Assembly (NCBI GenBank): GCA_964016885.1
Contig: OZ024741.1
Location: forward strand, 318,866,001 to 318,930,000
From: Eledone cirrhosa
Lineage: Eukaryota
Length of the DNA: 64,000 nt
Direction of reading: 5' to 3'
The notes below the pieces were generated by a model. It saw only the letters and a list, made by a program, of their open reading frames with translations. It made no database searches and was not told the origin of the DNA. Positions 40,102 to 52,450 of this stretch are shown piece after piece. The stretch's first letter is position 1. Each line of letters begins with the position of its first letter. A program made the position numbers and the translations under genes.

Positions 40102-42328
40102 TTTCCCACAGCCAGAAATAAATTTAAAAGCATACTACTTGATGCTTTCGACAGTAAGGAAGAGCAATTAGAGTCGTACAATATAGAGGAGCAGTGGGAA
40201 TTCCTGAAAGCAAATCTGCTGATGGCGGCAGACGAAGTCTGTGGCTGGAGCAGGCCTGTAGGCAGGAGGAGAGTAACATGGTGATGGAACAGTAAGGTGG
40301 AGGGGTCAATTAAGGCCAAAAAGCAGGCTTGGAAAGTATGGCGGGATGGGGGAAGTAGAGAAGACTATCAAGTGGCCAGGAGGGAAGCTAGGAGACAAGT
40401 GTACTTCGCAAGAAGGGAAGCAGAGGAAAGAAAGTTCAAGCATGTTCTACAACGCGAGGACCAAAAACGTGAGGTGTTCAGGATTGCTAGGCAATGTGTC
40501 AAGGAAAACCGTGATATTGTCGGGGAGAAGTGTGTACTTAATGATGACGGCATACTTGCCATCACCGACGCTGATAAGAAGGTAGCTTGGAAGTGTCACT
40601 ATGAAAGGCTACTAAATGAGGAGAATAAATGGGAGAAAGACAGTCTCCCCCACATCGACCCAATAGAGGGACCAGCAGTGTTAGTCGAGGGGAGTATAAT
40701 AAGTAAGGCAATCAAGGATATGAAGACGGGTAAGGCAGCTGGGCCTTCGGAAATAGTTGTTGAGATGCTGAAGGCATCTGGCACGGTGGGACACGCCATG
40801 GTCACCCGGATAGTTAACCAAGTCGTACAGAATGGGGTTGTTCCGAAGGACTGGCGTAGCAGCATCATCGTTAACTGTTATAAGGGTAAAGGAGATGCCC
40901 TAGATAAGAGTAACTATAGAGGCATTAAATTAATCGACCAGGTCATGAAGGTCACGGAAAAAGTAATAGCGCAACTAATCAGAGAGAGAATTGACCTAGA
41001 TGAAATGCAGTTTGGGTTTGTGTCAGGCAAAAGTACCACAGATGCTCTTTTTATTGTACGACAACTACCTAGCTAAAAGTAAACCCCTATACTTAGCTTT
41101 TGTCGACTTGGAGAAAGCCTTCGACAGAGTCCCCCATTACATTATCTGGTGGGCTCTTAGAAAACTAGGTGTCGACGAATGGCTTGTGAGAGCTATACAA
41201 GCCATGTATAAAGAAACAGTCAGCAAGGTTAGAATTAACAACGAATATAGTGAAGAGTTTAGCGTAAAAGTTGGCGTCCATCAGGGCTCTGTTCTCAGCC
41301 CCCTACTATTTATTATTGCCCTCCAGGCTATAACAGAGGAGTTCAAGACCGGCTGCCCATGGGAACTCCTATACGCAGACGACCTAACACTCATAGCTGA
41401 ATCAATGGCCGAGCTAGAGAAGAAATTCCAAACATGGAAGCACGGCCTAGAATCAAAAGGCCTTAAAATTAACCTGGCTAAGACCAAAGTTCTAGTTTGT
41501 AGGAAAGAAAATAAGGCGGCAGTCCCTTCCGGGAAGTGGCCATGTTCAGTGTCTAGGAAAGGCGTAGGTAGAAACTCCATTTTGTGTCAGAAATGCAAAG
41601 TATGGGTGCATAAAAGATGTAGTGGGATCACAGGTAAGCTAACTAAGAACATAGATTTCACATGTGGCCGGTGCTCTGGTGCAATAAGTAGCAGCAAGTG
41701 CCCACAAAATACTAGCTCTTTCAACTGCGCAGAGGGCTCTATAGAAATAGTGGACAGCTTCCGTTACCTGGGTGACAAAATCAGCAGTGGGGGAGGGTGC
41801 TCTGAAAGTACAGTAGCTAGAGTCAGAACTGGATGGAAAAAGTTCAGAGAGCTTATACCACTATTAGCCGCTAAAGGGTTCTCCCTAAAAATGAAAGGCA
41901 GGTTGTATGATGCCTGCATACAAACAGCAATGTTGCATGGCAGTGAGACCTGGGCATTGTGTGCAGAGGATATACGCAGACTAGAGAGGAACGAAGCTTG
42001 CATGCTCCGCTGGATGTGTAATAGTAATATACGTGAATGGCAAAGCATAAACGAACTAAGGGAAAAATTAGAAATAAGAGGGATCAGATGTTGTTTACTC
42101 GAGAGAAGGCTACGTTGGTATGGACACGTGATGCGCATGAAAGTCGATAGCTGTATAACAAAGTGCAGGGCAATAAAGATAGATGGTAGCCACGGAGTAG
42201 GTAGACCTAGAAAAACCTGGGACGAGCTGATAAACTCCGACCTCACGCACTTACACCTCTCCAAGACAATGTCACTGGACCGAGACCTTTGGCGGTACTC
42301 AGTAATAGAGAAGACCCGCCTTACCTAA
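40102..42328 (+). pseudogene. RTE reverse transcriptase pseudogene
   Basis: In-frame TGA at 40282-40284 (VTW*WN), frameshift at ~41068, YADD at ~41372, second PHD Cys mutated (CSVS). Confidence 0.92.
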
Positions 42329-42728
42329 ATACATAGTAAAACCTACTACAGTCAGTAGGCATCTCTAACAAAATACACCCCCGTCCCACCACCCCCACCC
42401 CATCCACACCGCCCCCTTCTATGTAAAGTTATGTTGGTGCCACACCACCCAGCCCGAAACAAATGAGATCGTGTAGGTGTCACGACAAAAAAACACACAG
42501 TCCACGCTGTAATGTGGCCGTGTAGGCAACATGGTAAAAACCTCCCAGACCCACACTGTAAATGTGGTTGGTGTTAGGAAGGGCATCCAGCTGTAGAAAA
42601 CCTGCCAGACAGTCCTATGCGAGCAAGACAATCACTCTTGCCTCAAATGGGAAAACCCCCGTCCAAACCCATGCAAGCGTGGAACACGGACGTTAAACGT
42701 TGATGATGATGATGATGATGATGATGAT
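40102..42728 (+). mobile_element. RTE LINE (subfamily A), longest young copy, lacking the endonuclease
   Basis: ORFs 40297-41076 and 41000-42328 carry KAAGPS, NYRGIKL, QFGF, FVDLEKAFDRV, GVHQGSVLSPLLF, LLYADD and FRYLG; 3'UTR; (GAT)n tail. Confidence 0.96.
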
Positions 42729-42810
42729 TCCCCAGGCATTTTTCCCACCCAGGCCCCCAACCCACACCATAAAGTGGTGCTGCTGGTGCCACAACACAAC
42801 AAAAGTGCCC

Positions 42811-43650
42811 TGTTCACTTACGCTTTGCCATTCATATATATTACTAATACACATTCATCGGAGCATGCAGGCTTCATTTCTTTCCAATCTTCACCAGTCC
42901 CCTGCACACAGGGTGAGGTCTCACTTTCATTCAACATGCATCATACATTCTTCCCTTCATTTTAAGTACAGTAGCCAGAGTGAGAACATGACGAAGAAAG
43001 TTCAGCTCCCTGAAGTTTCTCCATCATGTTCTCACTCTGGTTACTCTACTAACGGAACACCCTCCTCCACTGCTAATTTGGTCGCCCAAGAAACAGAAAC
43101 TGTCAACTATTTCTACAGAGCCCTCTGAGCTTTTAAAGGAGCTTGTATCTTGTGGGCTCTTGCTAATTCTGCACCTGTGCATCTGCCACATATAAAACTT
43201 ACATTCTTTGATAGCCTGCCTGTGAGCCCACTACATATCTTTTGTACCCATATCTTGCATTTGGGACATAGAATGGAATTTCTACCTTCTCCTTTTCTGC
43301 ACAGTGAGCAAGGCCATTTCCCTGAGGGAATTTGGGCCTTGTTTTCTTTTCTACTTACTAGAACTTTTATATTTGAAAAGTTAACTTTATGACCTTTTTG
43401 GTTTTAGGCTATGCTTCCAGGTTTGGAATTTGTTCTCTAATTCTGCCATAAGGTTAAATCATCTACATTTACAAGTTCCCATGGACAGCCAGTCTTCTGT
43501 TATAGCCTGCAGGATGATAATAAACAGGAGAGAGCTAAAGCCTGAGCCCTGATGGACACCTATCTGCACGCTAAATTCTTCACTATAGTCATTGTTAATT
43601 CTAACCTTGCTGACTGTTCCTCTACACATGGCTTGTACTACTCTCACAAG
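42811..43650 (-). mobile_element. Older degenerate RTE fragment
   Basis: Minus strand VSKVRINNDYSEEFSVQIGVHQGSG..LLFIIILQAITE, PHD region and EACML-type motifs. Confidence 0.85.
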
Positions 43651-43865
43651 CTACATGAATATCATATTTAGTGGAGTTTAGATGATTGTTAGTTTGTTTA
43701 TTTCATTTGTTGGCTTATAGTATGAGTTGCGAAGATGATGTTGTCAAAGTGTTTGAATGAGTGAGTGGCTTGTTGGTCAAGTAATGACAAATGAGTAAGT
43801 GAAATATGTCTCAGTGGGTTGAGAGAAGTTTTACTATGTTCAAGTAAACAAGTTGTTGTACTCAC

Positions 43866-43889
43866 TTGTTGTGGTGTGAAGTGATATTA
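43866..43889 (-). other. Candidate 24-nt microexon
   Basis: Minus strand: ttttccctacAG|TAATATCACTTCACACCACAACAA|GTGAGT. Splice consensus only. Confidence 0.35.
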
Positions 43890-44696
43890 CTGTAGGGAAA
43901 ATTATTTTCCCAAATCACATAGATGAGAATTAACAAATGAACAAAATACTACTAATTTAAATATTTTTATTTGTAATATGATTTATTTTGAAATCATGTA
44001 CAGCAATGAACAACAGAAAAAGATGCAGGTATAGATGCAGAATGCTATATGTGCAAATACATAGTAGTAAGTTTTACTAACCTGGTAGCAAACTTAAATA
44101 GTGCTGAATCTAGCAGGGCTGGTTAGTGAGTGTGTGTATGTGTGGTTACATTGTTAAGCTGACCAGACAATCTATCTGTTTGATATAGAGTTGAAAGCTG
44201 ACTGTTTTTTGTTAAGTTAAAAAGCAGAATCTGTCTTTGGGAATCGAAATATCTAGCATATATGAAATTTAAGTTGCCCATTAACATTAAATATATGGCC
44301 TTTTCAGCTGTTCACATTTCAGACACTCTGGTATCTGCAGCTTTCTTCAATAGAATAGTGACAACAGCTAAGTAAGAAAGCATCGAGAGTGGCACCCCAA
44401 CGACTGGCTGCACCAGATTCTAACAAAAAAAAAAGTCTACAACATAGTGCAAGGGAAACAATCTGAAAGAGTAAATAATGAGGGGCTTCTTGAATTAGAA
44501 GATTAATTATCTCCCCTGAATTGCCAAGATTTTTCTATTTTCAAATTTGCTATTATTCTGCTCTATTACAATACAATGTCATACCAACCAGATAACTTCT
44601 ACCCCAGTTCTTCTCAAAGGGACCTATATAGACCCTTGGAGGTGAATAAAAGATTATGGGTCCACAGATGGTCACTTTACTAGTTTGCATTTAGGC

Positions 44697-46410
44697 CGAT
44701 GAATGGGGAGAATGAATGGGAGGAAGAGAGACTATCCTCAACCCACCCAACAGAAGGACCAGCTATTGAAATTGATAGTTATTGTGTTAAAGAAGCAATC
44801 AAGGAGATGAAGAATGATAAAGTTGCAGGACAGTCAGAGATAGTCGCCGAGATGCTAAAAGCATCTGGAGAAGTAGATGAACTAGTAACCTGCATAGTCA
44901 ATCAGGTAATATAGAATGCAGTCATACCCAATGACTGGCACAGCAGTACATGGGCAAAAGTGATGATGCTCTAGAAAGGAGGAACTACAGAAGAATAAAA
45001 CTAATGGACCAAGCTGTGAATATGATAGAAAGAGTTCTAGCACAGCTAACTAGAGATAAACAAAGTGCAGTTCAGTTTTATGCCTAGGAAAAGTACTAGA
45101 GAAGCCCTCTTCTTAGTGAGGCAACTACAAGAGATGTCCCTGGCTAAAAATAAACTGCTATATTCAGTTTTGTTGATCTTTCGGCAGAGTACCTCGACCT
45201 GTTATCTGATGGTCCTTAAGAAAATTAGGTGCAGAAGAATGGCTTGTGAGAGCAATGCAGGCTATGAACAAAGTAAAGTGAGTAGGAAGTGAGTTTAGTG
45301 AGGAATTTATGGTAGGAGTTTATCAGGGCTCAGTTCTTAGCCCGCTTCTGTTCATTGTATTTTCCTAGGGCATAACAGAGGAGTTTATGACTGACTTTCC
45401 ATGGGAACTTCTTTATGTGGATGATTTGGTCATTATAGCTGATTCCATAAAAGAACTAGAGAATAAGTTCCAATGGTGGAAACAGAATTTGGAATCAAAA
45501 AGTTTAAGAGTAATCTTAGCAAAAACTAAAGTGCCAGTAAATAGGAAAGAAAATAGGATCCTGACTCCCTCTGGGAAGTGACCATGCTCAATATGTCGAA
45601 AAGGAGTAGGCAGAAACTCTAAATGATGTATACAATGCAAGAATTTGGTACACAAGAAGAGTCGTGGGATATCAGGTAGACTAACAAGAAAGGAAGTCTT
45701 TGAATGCACTAAATGTACAGGAGTAATTGATGGGAAGAGCGTCAGTAATATAAACCTTTTCCAATCACGTGAAAGATCCACAGAAATAATTGATAGCTTC
45801 TGCTACCGAAGTGATCTAATTATCAATGGAGGGTGCTCTGAGAGCAGAGTAGCTAGAATAAGAATAGGATGGAAGAAGTTTTGAAAGATACTCCCTCTGT
45901 TGACAACAAAAGGTTTCTCCCTATGTACAAAAGGACAGCTCTATGATGCCTATGTGCAAAGTGCAATGCTGCATGATAGAGAAACAGGGGCAGTGACTGC
46001 AGAGAACATGCATCGGCTGGAGACTAATAAAGCAGCAATGGTTCATTGGATGTGCAATGTAAATATGAGAGAATGGCAAAACCTGGATGAACTGAGGGAG
46101 AAACTAGGTTTAAGAGGTATCTAATTTGGTGTGCAAGAGAGAAGACTGCATTGTTATGGGCATATGATGTGTATGGAGGATGATCACTGGGTGAAGAAGA
46201 GCCAGAAAATCCCAGTGCAAGGAAGCTGCAGTAGAGGTAGACCACAAAAGACCTGGGCTGAGGTACTGAGAGCTGATCTCAAATTGCTAAGACTCACAGA
46301 AGAGATATTGAAGAAACACAAGCGGAAAGATGCTGTGCTGAAAAGGACCTATCCGACACATACAAGTGTGGGAAAATGGACATAAAAACCAAGATGATGA
46401 TGATGATGAT
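44697..46410 (+). mobile_element. Old degenerate RTE LINE (subfamily C)
   Basis: Fragmentary ORFs: EGPAIEID, FPWELLYVDDL, RIRIGWKKF, RLHCYGH, GRPQKTW; (GAT)n tail directly after the ORF. Confidence 0.9.
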
Positions 46411-46414
46411 AATT

Positions 46415-46690
46415 CCTCGATCACAGGTTTGATCACATTACATAACATCTTGGTCAAGTGTCATCAGCCTCAGGTTGACCCAAGCCTTGTGAGTGAAATT
46501 GGGTAGATGGAAAGTGATTAGATGGTCTATACCTGTAATTCTAACACAGTGTGTTATGCTGAATCTCCCTAAGAATTATGTTAAGCGTACATATGTTTAT
46601 GCAATGCTCAGCCAGTTGTACATTAAGTTCATGAGCAGGCTTGATCAACACTTGCCATCAAAACCCATGGAGATCCATCAGTTATAACAG
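46415..46690 (+). mobile_element. Old SINE-like remnant
   Basis: TTGGTCAAGTGTC..AGCCTCAGGTTGACCCAAGCCTTGTGAGTG; shares TGCTGAATCTCCCT with the minus-strand element at ~56200-56420. Confidence 0.55.
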
Positions 46691-47071
46691 AACAAAAATC
46701 ACTGAATCACATAGACTAGCCACTAGATATTGTACACCTAGTAGAATGCTTTATCGGGTATGACAGTCATTAGTGGTATGTCATTCATAAATGACCAGTT
46801 GAAAATATTCAGATTATTTAAATAAATAATTAGGCTCTCACTGAAAAGATCTATTTGCATTTACATTCTGATTCTTTTCTTATCTAAATTGTATTAAACA
46901 CTGGTAAATTAGTCGTGTTTTGTAATTTTATATTACATTAGTTAGTTAACTTGTGTTGATTAGAAATTAAGTTTTATTACGAATGGTCTATCAATTAAAA
47001 AGTTTGAGAAGTCTTGCTCTACATGTCCTGCTAAAAATAGCAGCCAGGTTTCCACTAAATCACATTAGATA

Positions 47072-47073
<2 letters not shown>

Positions 47074-47133
<60 letters not shown>
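47074..47133. repeat. (TG)30 microsatellite
   Basis: Direct. Confidence 0.98.
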
Positions 47134-47135
<2 letters not shown>

Positions 47136-47221
47136 CAAAATGATAAAAGATGGTATGGTAACGGCTGGAGTGCTTTCAACATGACATCAACAACAACTAT
47201 ACCAAGTCAGGTTTATTATTA

Positions 47222-47411
47222 CGGTGGATTGGCAGTATCGGTAGAGGGTCGGACACCATGCTTTGCAGCATAGTTACGTCCCTTTACGGACTGAGTTCAA
47301 AACCCGCCGAGGTTAACTTTGCCTTTCATCCTTACGGGGTCGATAAAATAAAGTACCAGTAATACAATGGATTAATTGCTGGCCTTGTGCCAAAAGTAGA
47401 AACAATTATTA
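47222..47411 (+). mobile_element. tRNA-derived SINE (main family)
   Basis: Full head, B-box, core and 3' end. Confidence 0.92.
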
Positions 47412-47594
47412 TATCTAGATTTAATTATAGTGTTTAAATAATATTGTGGCCCCGTCTAACCCATGCTAGCGTGGAAAATGGACGTTAAACAAAGATGATG
47501 ATGATGATGATGTGGCATGACACAGATTATAGGTATGTCATCATTATCATCATTTTATATATATGTATATCAGCACCATCATCATATATGTGTG

Positions 47595-48000
47595 CATCAT
47601 CATCAACCCCATTTTATGACTATTTTCCACGTTTGCATGAGTTAGACAGATTGTACATATTCAGGCTAAACAGATCAGATGACTGTCTTGCTTATATTTT
47701 CCATTCTGGCATGGTTTCTATGGCTAGATGTCCTTCCTAATGTTAAGCACTTTATGGCATATACTGGGTGAATTTTATCAAGGCACCAGCACAACCACCT
47801 AACAGAGTGGACTGAGTGCTTTTTATCATAGCACTGCTACCATCTGGCCTGAGTTCTATTTATCATGGCACCAACACTACCATTTGGCAGAATAGACTGA
47901 CTACTTTTTATCATGGCACCAATACTACCACATGACAAAGTTTACTGGGTGGTTTTTATCATGCCACCAGCACTACCACTTTACAGAATGGGCTGGGTAT
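47595..48000 (-). mobile_element. Degenerate RTE-type 3' end with expanded ~45-bp 3'UTR repeats
   Basis: GGTTTCTATGGCTAGATGTCCTTCCTAATG, then ~6 units like TTTTATCATGGCACCAGCACTACCAC..ACAGAGTGGACTG. Confidence 0.7.
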
Positions 48001-48419
48001 ATATATATGAAAATCATTAAAATGGAAATTAATAGAATTCAATTTGAAATGAAGGAATATTATCTCTGTTAACTTCAATAGTTGGCCCTTCTGTTGGGCC
48101 TCATTCAAGTTTCATAACAACATATCCATGCATCTTTCTTTTCAGCGTTAAGAGCAAGTGTGCCATTATCATACCATAGAGATCTCCCAGACACTATTGT
48201 GATGCTCTTTGGTACCCTATCTTGTAATATGGAATATCTTACACTTCTCATATTCATATCATACAATATTTATGAAGCACTTACTTTCAACATCATTCCT
48301 CACTAGGTTTTCCTGACATCTACCTTCACTTTTAGCTACTTGATACGGCTCTTTACCCCACCCTCTCCAAACCTATCTTTTAGATTTTATTACTCTATCT
48401 ACCATACTATTTAGCCATC

Positions 48420-49060
48420 ATATCACCTTGCCACCCACAGAACTGGTCTGTAGCCTTTAGGTTTATTTTACCACCACGTTGCTCTCTGTCTTGACTGGTA
48501 TCTGCTCTCAGCCATAGATCTGGTCTGTAACTCTCTGAAGGTCTATTTCCCCACCAAATTGCCCACTGTCTTTGCAAGGACAGTCTCCCAGCCTATTCCA
48601 CAGAAAGTCTATTTCACCACCATATCACTCTCTATCATATATCTGGTCTGTAACTCTCTGAAGGCTATTTCTTGTTGGAACATCCATTGTCGTTACACGG
48701 TCAGAAGAGTTTATCTTTGTTCATTGCAATGTGATGAGTGAGACTGAAACGCTGTTCCAAATAATTCTCAGTGAAATAGCAAACAAATGCTGGAACAAAC
48801 TTGTTCAAACATGGGCATCAACTTCTGAAACATGGGTGTGAACCTCTCAAATAGTGCATCAATTTCCCAAATATAGGAGTATGCTTTTCAAACATGGACA
48901 TCTACCTCTCAAACATGAATGTTTATTCAATTACGGGCATCTACTTCTCAAACATGAGTGAAAACTTTTCATACATGAATATCAACAGGAAACAAAGATC
49001 AGCATCAACTTCATTACTGACAGAAACAAAGATGGGCATCAGCTTCTGAGATACCTCTTT
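48420..49060. repeat. Two degenerate minisatellites (~60-80-bp units at 48420-48670; ~21-bp units at 48800-49060)
   Basis: Recurring TGGTCTGTAACTCTCTGAAGG(T)CTATTTC and recurring CAAACATGGGCATCWACYTCT. Confidence 0.65.
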
Positions 49061-49864
49061 CATTACGGACAGAACTAAGTTATTTATTTATTTATTTATT
49101 ATTTGATCCTTTATTAAGGATTACAATTTCTCTCTTTTATGTTGCTCTAAATCAACTCTTCAGATTTAAGCCACTAGAGCCAATCCAATAATAATTTTAA
49201 TCACAATTCTTTTAAGCTTCAGACATTTGCCATTTGTATCCTGAAAAGTGGATGTGAAAATGATTAGATTTTTAAGATTAATATTTTAATAGAAATTATG
49301 ACAGAAAGCTGCACACTTAGCTATAAAGATACCAAATCATCTTTATTTAACTTTATACAAATGTTTGATACAATAAAATAAAGAAGCAAATTTATCACGA
49401 TTCCTGAAATGAGATCTCCACATAAATTCCATTAAATAAGAGTGAAATAAAGCTTTGATATTACTTGAATGTTTTCATTGCATTTGTAACTTCACTCTTG
49501 GTCACATCTTCTTGATAGTTTCTGTGTGAACTTCTGGATCATTTTATTTTCATAATCTATATATTCATGTGTGTATATACCTCATTGGATCTGGTCAATT
49601 TGAAAATATTCAGACACAATATGACTGCATAGAATGAAAATAATGACATTTTACACAGAAATGAAGACACCTATTTATAGAAAAGAAGGAATGAAGTGTG
49701 ACATTAACACATTTTCTAAAAGCTAAACAATTGAAAGGAGATTCAACTTCAACTGAAAAGTAAAACTAAATCAGACATAGCTTGTATGTATCGAGTCAGC
49801 CTATTTCTACAGGAGAGAGAATGATAGAAAGTGAGAAAGTATTATAGAGGAAGAACCAACGCCA

Positions 49865-50002
49865 GAACTGGTTTGCTATATTTTTATTGACCTTGAAAGG
49901 ATGAAAGGCAAAATTGACCTTGGAGGGATTTGACCTCAGAATACTGAGAGCTGGAATGAATACCACTAAGCAATAACATTCTAATGACTGCCAATTCACC
50001 AT
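49865..50002 (-). mobile_element. Old SINE (main family related)
   Basis: TTTATTGACCTTGAAAGGATGAAAGGCAAAATTGACCTTGGAGGGATTTGACCTCAGAA matches the reverse complement of the core and B-box. Confidence 0.78.
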
Positions 50003-50034
50003 CTTTAGACCTAAGTTTAAAGTCTGTCTTAATC

Positions 50035-50290
50035 CAGAAGGCTCATTAGGCCGGTTTATCCCGGTTTCATGGCGTGAAACGACTGAGAGTGCAAGACTCC
50101 CCACTGGACAGGACACCAGTCCATCTCAGTTAAATGCCTATCTACTGCTGGTACTCATATTCAGTTGAGTATACTGGAGCAATGTGAAATGAAGTGTTTT
50201 GCTCATGAATGCAACACACAACCCAGCCCAGGAATCGAACCTACATTATGATCGCAAGTCCAACATCCTTACCACTAGGCTACACACCTC
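50035..50290 (-). mobile_element. tRNA-derived SINE, second family, near full length
   Basis: Minus strand TAGCCTAGTGGTAAGG (A box) and GGTTCGATTCC (B box); body shared with 36530-36671. Confidence 0.82.
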
Positions 50291-50630
50291 TACCGATCTT
50301 TACACATAACTCATCGAGAATATATTGCTGTAACTTAGTGACTGCAGCTACAATTAAAATATCAGTTATCATCTATAAAAGCTGTAGCCTATCATGAAAG
50401 ACATACACAACTGTATCAATAAATTATATCTTTCAAGAAGCTTGTCTTACTGAAGTATCAGATGATAGTAGTGATGGTACATTGCTATTCTAACAGTAAT
50501 GTTGTCAATATTCTTTTAGAGTGAAACACCAACATTCCTTATGGTACAATCTGGCTCATTTTTATTGCATCTGTCCATTTGCATGTGTATGCATTACAAA
50601 TTAATATTAATAATAATAATTTCTTTTGAA

Positions 50631-52283
50631 AATAATGATTTCTTTATTCCCCACAAAGGGTTTACATTAAGAAAACATTAGGAAAATTCAGGACGATAAA
50701 AAGTTTAACAATGAGAATTTCTCAATAGAGAGATGTTTGAAGGCTGCTTATGGAAAAACCCCCATAAAACCACAAGTGCCCTGTCCCAGTTGCTTTCCAC
50801 AGGCACACACTCAAAGTGTGCCCATTCTCTTAGCCCTTCTTTCACTCACCTTTCCACAAACTACTTGGAAGGCAACACTTCCCTCTCTACTCTGATTTTC
50901 CTTTTCAAGTGAAACTTAATCAGGGCTTTGCCAAAGAGGAAAGTGCTCGTCTTTAACACTTTCAGACATGTCCACTATACAACCTCTTTTGCCATGGCTA
51001 CCAGACAGATAAAAACTGGCTGACCTTCCTGGCTAAAGGAAGACGGTGGGGTGATCTTCACAATGGATCCAGTTGATAGCCAGATTCGTCCTACACACAA
51101 CAGCAGGTGTTCGACATAAACCCACAAGTCAGTAATGCACAAACACTCAACGAGTGCATATAGGATGGTTCCATCACCCTGCATGCATTTTGGATAGGCC
51201 TGGCTGTTTAAAGTTTATCTTGAACTAGCAAAACTCCCCGGTAGCACTACCAGGTCAGATTTTTGGAAATTATCCATAGGCCCTGGACTGAAAGTCCTCC
51301 CAAGAGAGTGGCTAGTTAATTTTCGTTGATGACCCTAGTTTCCCAGAGAACATTGCCACCTTTATCCACCACTAACCCTCTATAGAACACCAAGGTGGAG
51401 TTTCCATCGATCATACTGCCCGATTGGTAGAGGGCTGTGAATGCTTGAAGACATTCCAATTTCCAAGTGCTCCCTCTTGGTTTCCACTTGACCTAGATCT
51501 GCAGCTCCATTAGGGAGACGAGCTGGGGAAACACATGTCTAGTGAACTGCAAGCACACCTGTTCAACATTAAGTAAAAGATGGAGATATCGTTGCCTCAA
51601 TGCATATTGCACATCATCAACCATGGCATCACCAGTCCTCTATGCAACATGTTTCGAGAGTAGATGGACCACCTGACAATTGGAACACATCCCTTCCACA
51701 AGATGTGAAAGAGAAAATGCTCCAGTGCAATCAGATGGGGCTTTGGGCAAGGCACGACAGTCAGGTGGTAGTAAATAACTGACACGATGTATACATTCGC
51801 CACCTCTGCCCAACCTTTTAGGAACAGCTTCCTCTGGGCCCATTTCTGGATGACAGTGGTCACCCTCATCACCATTTTTGTCCATCTAGGGGTCTGGACC
51901 AAACCAGATTCTGAGCAATTTAACTGGTCCAGCTGTCCAGCATCTCATGACGCTGTTAGATGGTATTGACCTGCCTCTCCAGTTACTGAGCTGCAGTCCC
52001 ACAGATTTTTCCTGGTTAATTTTCACTCCTGTCAGTGCTTTGTATTCCTTCAAAGCAGTGCTTCATTGTGTTTGGTGCTCAACACTACTAGAGTGACGTC
52101 ACTGGTATATGCTAACATAGATCTCCTATGTCCTAGATCATACGGGATGCCGCTCAACACCTCCAATTTGCGAAGTAGTGGCTCAAGAGTCAATACATAC
52201 AACAGGGATGAGAGGAAACAACCTTGGTGGAGTAAGCGCATGATGCTGAACGGTTCTGAGATGTGATTGTTCACTTTTACCTT
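50631..52283 (-). mobile_element. L1-group (Tx1-like) LINE ORF2 remnant with 3' end
   Basis: HQGCFLSSLLYVLTLEPLLRKL, AYTSDVT (degenerate YADD), WAQRKLFLKGWAEVANVYIVS, GLVMP, and a C-terminal zinc-knuckle-like region; AATAAA near the 3' end. Confidence 0.8.
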
Positions 52284-52450
52284 CCACTAACCTTCTATAG
52301 AATGCCAAGGTAGAGTTTCCACTGGTCGCACTGACTGAGGAGTGATTGCTTCAAAACATTCCAATTTCTAAGTGCTCCCTCTCGGTCTTCGTCAAGAAGA
52401 CAAGCTATGGAAACACAGGCCTAGTAAACGGCGCGCACACCTGTGGCAAA
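52284..52450 (-). mobile_element. Second fragment of the same Tx1-like family
   Basis: Resembles 51366-51560 (CCACTAACC.TCTATAGAA..CCAAGGT.GAGTTTCCA; ACATTCCAATTTC.AAGTGCTCCCTCT). Confidence 0.72.

Noticed and set aside
39185-42264. Antisense ORFs over RTE copies (e.g. 39185-39631, 41764-42264)
   Set aside because: Shadow frames of the RT coding strand; their recurrence only reflects similarity between copies.
44308-44371. Possible + strand 64-nt exon (ttttcAG ... GTAAGA; VHISDTLVSAAFFNRIVTTA)
   Set aside because: Short pyrimidine tract, no recognisable homology and no partner exon; such site pairs arise by chance.
48731-48758. GTGATGAGTGAGACTGAAACGCTGTT hammerhead-like string
   Set aside because: The first core C is missing and stems II and III are marginal.
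49070-49560. Minus-strand acceptor at ~49241 and an upstream open segment (DVTKSEVTNAMKTFK)
   Set aside because: The upstream segment looks like a decayed LINE ORF2 motif, and no consistent exon chain can be built.
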